Shown: piece after piece, positions 8,097 through 16,800 of the stretch
Numbering within the stretch: position 1 is the stretch's first letter
Layout: each line of letters opens with the position of its first letter
Assembly (NCBI GenBank): GCA_002393975.1
Contig: DGSM01000045.1
Span: 1 to 48,722 of the forward strand
DNA: 48,722 nucleotides
Reading direction: 5' to 3'
Source: Clostridiales bacterium UBA4362
Lineage (GTDB): Bacteria; Bacillota; Clostridia; TANB77; CAG-508
Notes under the pieces: generated by a model
Seen by the model: the letters and a program-made list of their open reading frames with translations, nothing else
Database searches by the model: none
What the model was told of the DNA's origin: nothing
Made by a program: the position numbers and the translations under genes

Positions 8097-9083
8097 CTAT
8101 ATTGAAGTAAGGTTAACTACGCAAGTTCCCCCTTCAACACTCGAATAAGTGTAATCTTGTGTAACATCATTTTTATAAAATCTAACTGAAGTACTTGTTA
8201 GTGGATTTACATCAAATGTTAGTCCATTAACATATGTATAAGTATTTCCACCTTTATTAATTGTAGTAGTTGTTGTTCTGCTATTTTTTGCTGCCTCAAT
8301 ATAATGTGAATCGGTTATATCCATAACACATGTGTTAGGATTAAAGTTTATCGTTACTCTTGCAGAATAGCATAATGCTTTTTGCTCATCAGAAAGTGCT
8401 TCATAAGCAGAAACAGTAAGTTCTTCTCCAACACTATATGAACCAAAGGCTGTTCCAACTTTATATGATTCCATAGCATTAGTAATATCTACATCAAAAT
8501 ATGGTTGTCCCGGCTCATCTATTATTTTATATGTTAATTGAGCTTTTCCAACTACTAAAGTATAAACAGCTGATAAAGTCTTAACATAAGGCGATGTTGA
8601 AGTAGCCTCCAAAGTAAAGTAAACAGCTTCTCCATTTTGAAGAGCTCTAGTAGGATGTACTCTTACCTCAAAAGAATCTGTGTTTTTTACATCTGAATCT
8701 GATTCAGAGCCATATATGGTACCAGAAGTTTTTGAAAGAAATATTTGTACATCTGCAGATACATCTTTATATGAAATATTATAATCGATGTTATCTCTTG
8801 CTACTAATATATTGTTTTCTCTACTGTTCATTTCAACTGAAATATAATAATCATCAGTTCCTGGCCAATCATTAATAGTAACTGTTTTTCCAGTAGCTAA
8901 TAATTTATTACTATAAAAGTAAAACTCTTTTGATCTTAAATAAAAATCATTAACAAAATTTAGAGCATATCTTCCAAAAGAAGAGGTAAAGTATGAAACA
9001 ATAATTAATATGACTACAATCATAGTAATCAAATTAACTTTGCTTATTTTTTTCCTTCCTGTAATTCTCCTATTCTTCATCAA
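8097..9083 (-). CDS. Secreted beta-rich protein with a SipW-type-like N-terminal signal (looser S-F-G-R-Y motif)
   Basis: MMKNRRITGRKKISKVNLITMIVVILIIVSYFTSSFGRYALNF: a basic N-region and hydrophobic core. The remainder is Thr/Ser/Val/Tyr-rich as expected for beta-sandwich proteins. Confidence 0.65.
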   Translation of the reverse strand: MMKNRRITGRKKISKVNLITMIVVILIIVSYFTSSFGRYALNFVNDFYLRSKEFYFYSNKLLATGKTVTINDWPGTDDYYISVEMNSRENNILVARDNIDYNISYKDVSADVQIFLSKTSGTIYGSESDSDVKNTDSFEVRVHPTRALQNGEAVYFTLEATSTSPYVKTLSAVYTLVVGKAQLTYKIIDEPGQPYFDVDITNAMESYKVGTAFGSYSVGEELTVSAYEALSDEQKALCYSARVTINFNPNTCVMDITDSHYIEAAKNSRTTTTTINKGGNTYTYVNGLTFDVNPLTSTSVRFYKNDVTQDYTYSSVEGGTCVVNLTSI

Positions 9084-9103
9084 AATAGTTATTGCTCCTT
9101 AAT

Positions 9104-9778
9104 TTATTCATCTATTCTTTGTTTTGCATCAACAGTAACTTCTATTCCCTCTATAATATCATCAGACTTATATCTCATTAAGTCTCTATATTTTGAAGGG
9201 AAGGTTACTACTAATGTATAATCGTCTTCTTCATCTTCAGTAAAACCGAAGTATTCTCTTGTTGCTTTTATTGTTCTAAAATATGCAACTTCATTTCCTG
9301 TTACTTCTAAAGTAGATTCATCTGTTGAATTAGTTTCAGAATCACCTGAATCTGTAGCAACATAACGGGCAATTTCATCTGAATCCACACATGAAACTCC
9401 ATCTCTTAGAAGATCAAATTCTAATTCTAAGTTTGTTGTTATTCTTAAAGTTAAATCATAATACATTAAAACTTCCGTTCTACGTTCATCATCATGATTC
9501 ATAACTTTAAAATCGAAATTATAAACTGTTCCATTAGTTTCAGGTGGTGTAAAATTTCCTGGTTCTATTTTATCATTAAGGTTTACTGTCATTGAAAGAA
9601 AGTCTTCATTTAGTACGAAGAATGCAACTCCTAAATCTGCATTAGCTGTTGCTTTTGTTTCATAACTAGAATAAGTCATTCTAAAAACAATGATAGTAAT
9701 AATTAAGCATAAAAAGATAATGAGGATTTTTTTGACATTATCTATTATATGAAGATGCTTAACTTTTCTCCTCTCCAT
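9104..9778 (-). CDS. TasA/camelysin-like secreted protein (looser T-Y-S-S-Y motif)
   Basis: Signal-like N-terminus ...KKILIIFLCLIITIIVFRMTYSSYETKATANADLGVAFF. The start overlaps the stop of the upstream sipW by 20 nt. Confidence 0.65.
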   Translation of the reverse strand: MERRKVKHLHIIDNVKKILIIFLCLIITIIVFRMTYSSYETKATANADLGVAFFVLNEDFLSMTVNLNDKIEPGNFTPPETNGTVYNFDFKVMNHDDERRTEVLMYYDLTLRITTNLELEFDLLRDGVSCVDSDEIARYVATDSGDSETNSTDESTLEVTGNEVAYFRTIKATREYFGFTEDEEDDYTLVVTFPSKYRDLMRYKSDDIIEGIEVTVDAKQRIDE

Positions 9779-10373
9779 CTTTTCTCCTTTTTTTCTCTTC
9801 TTTTTTATACTCTAAAACAGTAAAGCTTGCGAGCATAATTGTAAGTAACATAGGAATATATACCTCTGGTGAAGTAAATACTTTTTTCCATATTCCTATT
9901 TTCCAAATATAGATAACCTTGCCAATAATTTGATCTTTTTTTATAGATTCTTCACCACTATTAGCATTATCTCCTATTGTTATATATGAGTCTTCATTTA
10001 TTTCTTTAAGTCTATGTGTAATTGTATATTCATTATTAAAATAAACTATTATATCGTTTTCTTTTAAATTGCTATTATTAAGTGCCACAAATACTACATC
10101 ATCAGTATCTATAGTAGGTTTCATACTTTCCGTTTGCTCTGATAGCACTATAATTCCAGCAAAATGTTCAAAAGGTGTATGTATAATTTTTATTTGAATA
10201 AATGAATATATGCTAATAATCATAAATAATACTACAAGCACTAATATGATTGTTAAAAATATACTAAAAACCTTTTGTAGTATTGGTCCTCTATTGTCAT
10301 TTGTGTCTTCTTGTTTTTTAAGGACTTGGGACATATTCTTCAATAGTCTCTCCTTTATATTGAATAAAATCAA
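9759..10373 (-). CDS. sipW: Signal peptidase I, SipW/archaeal-ER type (S26B), catalytic residues intact
   Basis: TM helix, then SEQTESMKPTIDTDDVVFV (the SxSMxPT serine box), TITHRL (histidine box), GDNANSGEE (GDN box) and a C-terminal TM (IPMLLTIMLASFTVL). The true start may be the internal Met (MSQVLKK). Confidence 0.85.
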   Translation of the reverse strand: MILFNIKERLLKNMSQVLKKQEDTNDNRGPILQKVFSIFLTIILVLVVLFMIISIYSFIQIKIIHTPFEHFAGIIVLSEQTESMKPTIDTDDVVFVALNNSNLKENDIIVYFNNEYTITHRLKEINEDSYITIGDNANSGEESIKKDQIIGKVIYIWKIGIWKKVFTSPEVYIPMLLTIMLASFTVLEYKKEEKKRRKDGEEKS

Positions 10374-10953
10374 CAGTAACTGGAATTCTTATCACAGCTT
10401 CATCTGATAAAGCTAAATTAGTATCTGACTTTATGGCATTTGGTTCATCACTATTTACCCATTCAAAAGTAACTCTAAGGTGTGCTGTTTTTCCAGCTTG
10501 TATATCTTCTAAAGACATGATACCAGTATAAACATTTTCATCTGTTCTGATAATAGTAACATCATCTGTTAAACTTACTACATCATTTACGGTAATTTCT
10601 GTTCCTTCAACTGCTGATGCATCAACAAATATATCAAACCTTAAAGATACTTGCGTACCATCAGGAAAAATCTCAATGTCGAAGTTTCCTTCTGCACCTG
10701 GTGCAATCTTCTTTTCGACAACTTTATTAGTTGATACAACACTTAAATAATCACCATCAATAGTAAATGTATGATTAGCTGTAGCTGTTACTAATTCATT
10801 ATTAACTTTAATATTCCATTTTGCTAGTCTAACTTCAACTTCTGATTCTGCATCGCTTTGAAACACTGCAAAGGTATGAGCTACCGCATATACAGTAACT
10901 AGAAAAAGTATGATAGTTAGAACTAATAAAGATGTTTTAAAATTTCTCTTCAT
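10318..10953 (-). CDS. TasA/camelysin-like secreted protein
   Basis: MKRNFKTSLLVLTIILFLVTVYAVAHTFAVFQSDAESEV carries the canonical T-F-A-x-F-x-[SD] SipW-type motif (TasA: TWAAFND). It is a paralogue of 1572..2204. Confidence 0.75.
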   Translation of the reverse strand: MKRNFKTSLLVLTIILFLVTVYAVAHTFAVFQSDAESEVEVRLAKWNIKVNNELVTATANHTFTIDGDYLSVVSTNKVVEKKIAPGAEGNFDIEIFPDGTQVSLRFDIFVDASAVEGTEITVNDVVSLTDDVTIIRTDENVYTGIMSLEDIQAGKTAHLRVTFEWVNSDEPNAIKSDTNLALSDEAVIRIPVTVDFIQYKGETIEEYVPSP

Positions 10954-10968
10954 AATACATTTTCTTTT

Positions 10969-11622
10969 TTATTTTGATTTTTTTGTTGTAGTTTTTTTAG
11001 TTACTCTCTTCTTTGTTGTTTTTGATGAAGTTTTCTTTGCAGAAGTTTTCTTAGGTTTAACTTCTTCTTCCTCTTCTTCTTCATCATCCTCATCTTCATC
11101 ATCTGATGAGCCATCTTTTATTTGCATAACTATTGTATATAATTCATATAAGAACAATAGTAATGTTGGTAAAACAACTAAGAATAGATATCCAAATTTA
11201 GATTCTAATACTTTTAAAACATAACCTACTTTAGCCATTTTTGATGCGCCATTAACAGGTCCAATTATGAAATTATAATCTAATGTTCTTCCATCACTAA
11301 GTTCATATTTATTTGTCTTAGATCTTTCATCAACACTTATATTATTTATTTTTGCTACACTGATACTAACTTCTCCATTGTATACTTCATAGCAAAATAC
11401 ATGATCATTTTTATTTAAATTTTTAGATTTAGTCACAAAAACTATATCACCCATAAAGAAAGGTGGTTGATTTTTTTCTAAATCTTTTGAATCGATAATA
11501 ATTAAAGAAGTATTTCCAAAAGTTGAAATGTGACTATCATTATAAGATAGTAAGCAAATTGTTGTAAATATTGCAATAATTGCATAAATAGTTACTAAAA
11601 TTGTTATAATAGTTTTCTTCAT
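10969..11622 (-). CDS. Degenerate SipW-like protein (catalytic Ser and His both lost) with an acidic-then-basic C-terminal tail
   Basis: Same size and topology as SipW: N-terminal TM, a ~120-aa beta domain and a C-terminal TM (GYLFLVVLPTLLLFLY). It aligns at FFMGDIVFV (compare YEGDIIFV). The serine box reads IIDSKDLEKNQPP and the histidine box reads SVAKI. The tail is SSDDEDEDDEEEEEEEVKPKKTSAKKTSSKTTKKRVTKKTTTKKSK. Confidence 0.7.
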   Translation of the reverse strand: MKKTIITILVTIYAIIAIFTTICLLSYNDSHISTFGNTSLIIIDSKDLEKNQPPFFMGDIVFVTKSKNLNKNDHVFCYEVYNGEVSISVAKINNISVDERSKTNKYELSDGRTLDYNFIIGPVNGASKMAKVGYVLKVLESKFGYLFLVVLPTLLLFLYELYTIVMQIKDGSSDDEDEDDEEEEEEEVKPKKTSAKKTSSKTTKKRVTKKTTTKKSK

Positions 11623-11680
11623 TTTTTCCTCCGTGTTAACATAAAGCCGCTTTTTAGGCTTTAATCACAATCTTATAACA

Positions 11681-11709
11681 ATTTTAGCATACGAAAAAAT
11701 CTTATTCAA
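11681..11709 (-). promoter_or_regulatory. sigma-A-type promoter of operon B
   Basis: Minus strand reads TTGAAT (11709..11704), N17, TAAAAT (11686..11681). GGAGGAAAAA SD lies just upstream of the ATG at 11622. Confidence 0.5.
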
Positions 11710-11782
11710 TAATTTTATTCAAGTTAAATATTACTATTAATTTAAGAGTTTATTACAAAATAGTTTCACCTCTTAGTTTTAA

Positions 11783-11811
11783 TTGAATTAATTTATTCCC
11801 TATTTTATAAT
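11783..11811 (+). promoter_or_regulatory. sigma-A-type promoter of the 308-aa plus-strand gene
   Basis: TTGAAT (11783..11788), N17, TATAAT (11806..11811), then a GGAGG SD and the ATG at 11832. Confidence 0.55.
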
Positions 11812-11831
11812 TTTATGTATGGAGGAAGAAA

Positions 11832-12758
11832 ATGATCGTACTTAAAGATGAAAATATCACAAAACAAGAATTAATTAAATTAATAAAAAACGAAATGAAA
11901 AGCCTTAATGAAGATCTTGTTTCACAAAAAGACTTAAAAAAACGTATTATTGCTTATATGCGTAGCTACATATGTGGTATTGATTATTCAGAAACAGATG
12001 ATTTTTATCACAAAATCGCCTCTATAAATGTATATGTTAAAAAAGTTGATGAAAACATTATTGAAGTTGAAAAATTAGTTTCTACTATTTTAGATATTAA
12101 AGTAAATTCTCAACAATTAACATTAATGCAAATTATTGAAGTTATAAAACAATATAATAAAGATTATCAATCTATTTATAAAACAGTTTCAAACAACTAC
12201 AGAAAGATTTCTAGAATATTAGATGATGAAGAAGAAGACATCAAAGAAGAAAGTATTCAAGAAAAATATAAAGAAAATACTTTAATTATTTCTGAGAAAG
12301 ACCAAAAAGTATATTTACCATTTACAATGAATAGAATTTATGACATTTTACAATATGATAATAACTATTCTTCAGTAAGTGAAATAATTAGTAAAATTTA
12401 TACAAGACCACTTGCTATATATAAACATGCAGCAAAAGCTAGATTTAGAGAAGCTTATGATTTGATAATAAACAAGGAACATGGTACTAAAAAACAAGCT
12501 TGGGATTTAGGATTAGAATTAATGTTTAATTCATCATTACATCCTGCTGTAATATCAGCTTGTAAATCTCTTGATGAATTAGATGTATATCTTTCTTGCT
12601 TAGAATATAATGAAATTCAAGATTTCAAATTCTTCAAAGTTGAATATGATGTTCCTTTACAAAAAACAAATAAAAGTTTTGGATTTTTAGATTTATTTAA
12701 GAACTTAAAAAACAATAAAGATGTAGTTCAAGAAATGCCAAATCCTAATGAAGAATAA
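11832..12758 (+). CDS. Cytoplasmic protein of unknown function, divergently transcribed between the two island operons
   Basis: 308-aa ORF with a consensus promoter, a strong SD and a downstream terminator. It has no TM helix and no HTH that I can recognise. Confidence 0.75.
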   Translation: MIVLKDENITKQELIKLIKNEMKSLNEDLVSQKDLKKRIIAYMRSYICGIDYSETDDFYHKIASINVYVKKVDENIIEVEKLVSTILDIKVNSQQLTLMQIIEVIKQYNKDYQSIYKTVSNNYRKISRILDDEEEDIKEESIQEKYKENTLIISEKDQKVYLPFTMNRIYDILQYDNNYSSVSEIISKIYTRPLAIYKHAAKARFREAYDLIINKEHGTKKQAWDLGLELMFNSSLHPAVISACKSLDELDVYLSCLEYNEIQDFKFFKVEYDVPLQKTNKSFGFLDLFKNLKNNKDVVQEMPNPNEE

Positions 12759-12803
12759 TCATAATAACTTAAATATACAATAATATAATTAATATATATT
12801 GAT

Positions 12804-12836
12804 TAAAAAAATAAGAGCCCTATAAGGGCTCTTTTG
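12804..12836. terminator. Bidirectional intrinsic terminator (end of operon A and of the 308-aa gene)
   Basis: Hairpin agagccc (12814..12820) / gggctct (12826..12832) with loop tataa. An A-run lies upstream and TTTGTT downstream. The last codons of the 160-aa ORF overlap the stem. Confidence 0.6.
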
Positions 12837-13302
12837 TTGATTGAGTATATGTTTTTACTCTTTTTATTTTTTCTTGTTTTCTAATATAGTTATCTCTAAC
12901 CTTAAAAACAATTCCTATTGCAATTAGCATAAAGAAAAATCTAGTTATCTTTGATTCAAAGAAAGAAAAGAAGTATTTCAATCTAAAAGAATATAATCCT
13001 ACAATATTATTCTTATCAGATCTAAAGTTTTCGATATAATGTGCATCGTCTTGCTTGGTTAAATAAGTTCCATCTCCATTTGAATTAAAGATATTTGTAA
13101 TAATATAATTTCCAAATTTATCTCTAACTACAACCTTTTCTCCTTCATTATAGATGTCATTGGTTTTATTTGTTTGTACAAATAAAAGGCTTCCTGAAGA
13201 ACGATAAAGTTTTATTCTATTTACTTTAAAAACAATTAATACTAAAACAAATAATAATAGTATTATGGCTACATTAGTCATTTTCTTCTTCATTATTTGC
13301 AA
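12820..13302 (-). CDS. Degenerate SipW-like protein (His box lost, GDN box lost)
   Basis: N-terminal TM and C-terminal TM (FFFMLIAIGIVF). SSGSLLFV aligns with TSGSMEPT, so the serine may be retained. The histidine box is GNYIITNI (no His) and the GDSN box is KQDDA. It overlaps the upstream intact sipW by 29 nt. Confidence 0.6.
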   Translation of the reverse strand: MQIMKKKMTNVAIILLLFVLVLIVFKVNRIKLYRSSGSLLFVQTNKTNDIYNEGEKVVVRDKFGNYIITNIFNSNGDGTYLTKQDDAHYIENFRSDKNNIVGLYSFRLKYFFSFFESKITRFFFMLIAIGIVFKVRDNYIRKQEKIKRVKTYTQSTKEPL

Positions 13303-13828
13303 TTTCCTTTTTTATTTTTCTTCTCTTACTTTTTTCTTTTTTCCTTTTGTAAATTAATCTCCATACTAATAGTAATATTACTACAAGTAATAAATATCTT
13401 AGCTTTTGAGTAACTTCTATACCTTTTCCTATTTTAGGAATTGAATAAACTACTTCTCCAATAATACTATCTTTCGATATAGGATTTGGATCTGCAAAAG
13501 AGTTACTATCTCCTTGAGTTAAAAATGAGTTCTCATTGTATATCCCTATAATTCTATGAGTTGTTGGGTTTTCTTCATTATTCATTGTATATGTAATAAT
13601 GTCACCATTTTCATAACTATTGGTCTCTTTAACAAATATTATGTCACCTTCATAAAAGGTAGGTTCCATAGAACCAGAAGTAATAACAAATAATCTATAT
13701 CCAAATACTTTGGTAGCTTTTTCGTTATTCTTAGTTGCTCCAAAGATAAGGAAAATGTAATAAAGGACAATTATTAGTATTGCAACTAATAAGTATTGTA
13801 AAACTGTCCCAATTCTTTTGCCCTTCAT
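13274..13828 (-). CDS. sipW: Signal peptidase I, SipW/archaeal-ER type (S26B), catalytic residues intact
   Basis: ITSGSMEPTFYEGDIIFV, PTTHRIIG, TQGDSNSFADPNPI, with N- and C-terminal TM helices. An AAAGGAAAA SD is present. It lies 23 nt downstream of the giant gene. Confidence 0.85.
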   Translation of the reverse strand: MKGKRIGTVLQYLLVAILIIVLYYIFLIFGATKNNEKATKVFGYRLFVITSGSMEPTFYEGDIIFVKETNSYENGDIITYTMNNEENPTTHRIIGIYNENSFLTQGDSNSFADPNPISKDSIIGEVVYSIPKIGKGIEVTQKLRYLLLVVILLLVWRLIYKRKKEKSKRRKIKKEIANNEEEND

Positions 13829-13851
13829 TAATCATTTTCCTTTCTAATATA

Positions 13852-16800
13852 TTAATTAACTATGAAATATTCATATGCACTACCGATGTATGTAGTTCCA
13901 TCATAGATGCTATAAACCATTTTATATGTTCCAGGAGGAACCTTTGATTTCATAGTATAATGGTATACTGTCGTATCTTCTGATCCTATGACATCTTTTC
14001 CTGCCACTTTATAAGTATAATCTGAATCAAAAGTCTCTTCATTGAATTTTTCAGTAGGTCCTCCACTTATTACTTCACTTAAGTCAACTGCTTCATAAGA
14101 TTTAGCATAAATAGTATCATAATTTCTTCTTTGCAATGATAATGTAAGCACTGGATTGTCTAGAAGTGAAGAATACTCTACTGTCATATCTAATTTGTTA
14201 TCCCCAGAAACATTTAATCCTGTATTAGTCTTAAATATTTTTTGCTCATCTGGTGAAGTAATCTTTAATCCGAATATTCCACTAATGATTGTCAATGGTA
14301 TATCGTAAACACCTGATGAAATATCTCCATAATAGTAACCATCAACAGAACCATAAGTTTCAATTCTTATTTTGTAATCCCCTGTAACTAAGCTCTGGTT
14401 CTCTTCTGTATGCATAGTTATTTTTGAAATAGAGTTTGCAACTTTAGTACCTATCTTAATTCTGGTTGAACCATCTATTCTTGGATAATACTTATTAGGG
14501 TGTCCTGACGCATCATTATCGCCCTCTACTGTAAAGTAAACTCCAAGCATTGCATCACTATCTTGTTGAGTTCCTAATGCATCTATAAGTGATATTTTAA
14601 CACCCATTTGCTCATCAAAGAAGTTTGTATCATAAATACGTCTTCCATCAGGAGCAGCTTGTTGAGTAAGCATTGTTTCTACATTCAATACTTCATTTGT
14701 TTTTCCTAAATATAATGGATTAACTGAAACATTGCCTTCTACATCTATAACAGCATCGCTATCTGTATATAAAGAATATAATACTTCTGATCTCTGGCTA
14801 GCAATTAATTCTATAATTGTTTTGTCTTCACCAGAAAGAGTTTCTTCTAGTTGTAGCGTAACTAATTTATTTTGTACATTTTCAGTTATACCTGCTTCTG
14901 CAAAATCATAATGGAAAATGTATCTTTCATATAGTTCATCTGATGAAGAATTATAATAGTAATTATTAAAACTATCCGCCTCATTATAGTATTCATCCAT
15001 ACTTCCCATTTTCTTAAATTTGGTAAAGTAGTATTTATATGTTTGATTTGCTCCTGATTCATCTTCAGGTGTTACTATATAATAATATGTTTGATTTGTT
15101 ACTAAATCTAACATTGTAATTTTAGTTCCAGCTTTAAAGTAATATGGAACACCATCTAAATCTGTTGATACTAAAACTCTCTTACTATTTAAATATTGAT
15201 TTGCTCTTTCTTTTTCAGAAACTTTATCAATATAAATAGTATCATATGTAGAAAATACACCATCGCTTACTATTTGTGTTCTTGTTGAAGTGAATATATC
15301 ATATTTTTTACCTGGTTGAATTGATTGTTCAACAAATTCATCATCATATACTTTACGAGTTAATGTAATATCAACACATATCTTTCTGTAATTAAATCCA
15401 TCTGCATTAAGCATTGGTTCAGTGACATCTAGATAAATTTTAACATTTCCAAGGTCACCATCTGTTTGAATATTTTGTGAATGATATAAGTAGAACTCTA
15501 AATCTGGCGTTACATCAGTACTTCCAGCTGCTGCGTTTTCTGTTTTAAATGAAGTAACACTTCCATCAATATCATCTCCAGTATCTGCCTCTCCTTCAAA
15601 TTCAACATTTCCTGCATTAACCCATCCATAGGCTCCTGTTTTCATAGCTAAGCCAAAATGATAATCAGCATCTGTTTTAGGATTTGCTATCTTAGGAATA
15701 GTTGATTTATCTGCTATAGTTACATCATCAGCTAATGCAAATCTACATCCGCTATATTCATAGTATGTATTTGCAACAGCAAAACCTCTAAGTGATAATT
15801 CTTTAGTTCCTAAAGTATCATATTTTGAAGCTTCTATATTTAGATAGTAAGTAGTCATATCTACGTTACCAACACTCCAAATATAGTATGTAGCTTGTGG
15901 AGGTTTGGCCCCTACATAATATGTTCTTAATACTCCAGAAGTACTTCCTGTTACTTCATTATTATTAATCATGTCTTCAAGTTCATCATCAGTTACTCCT
16001 GGAATAGTAAATTTATTTGAGTAGAAGCCTGCTTTAGTAAGATCATGTTCTCCAGTATCTACTATTAAAAATTCTTCTGGATCTCCATTATCTCTCTTCA
16101 TATGTTTTCCAAGTACAGAAGTAAAATTGTATGCCTGATAATTTACGGTTTGTCCGTTACTTGCATTCTCTTTATAGTATGAGCCTATACTATTATAAGG
16201 AGTTGCTCCTGTAGCATAAATTCCCAAGAAAGTCATTCCAATTACTTTTCCATAACCTTCTCCAGCATCCGCTGGTGGGATTACTAATAATTGAAGTCCT
16301 TCCATTAAGTATAGGTTATTTCTTACTGTTGGAGTTCCATTTCCATTGTCATCAATTGTAATTGCCGCTGGAGTTTCGACTCCTGTATCACTTATTGATA
16401 AGCTTTCCCATTTAGATAAGCAGTTACTTGTATTCTCTAAATATAATGTAGAAGAATTTGCAAGTTTCAAATCTCCAATATAGTTTAATGTATATAATTC
16501 ATTAGCGTGGTCATTAGTACTATCACTTACACCATGTAGTGCTAAAGATGAATTCTTAATTGTTAAAATATCTGTTCTTTGAATTGAAATACATTTATTT
16601 GGTTCTTGATATGTTCCAAGATTGTAAATATCAATAGTACTTGTTCCAGAAGATGATGAAGCATTACCACTTCCAAAAACGCTCTTCTCAAATTTAATTC
16701 CTAAAGATTCATAACCTTGTCCATCGATATTAACATCAATTCCTTCAGTAGCTGAGATATAGCTCCAATCATAATGGTCAGATCCACTAGCATTAGCTTC

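Noticed and set aside
10910-11224. Plus-strand 104-aa ORF containing a poly-Ser run.
   Set aside because: It is antisense to the Asp/Glu-rich tail of the 217-aa gene, where GAA/GAT repeats read as TTC/ATC. It is a shadow ORF.
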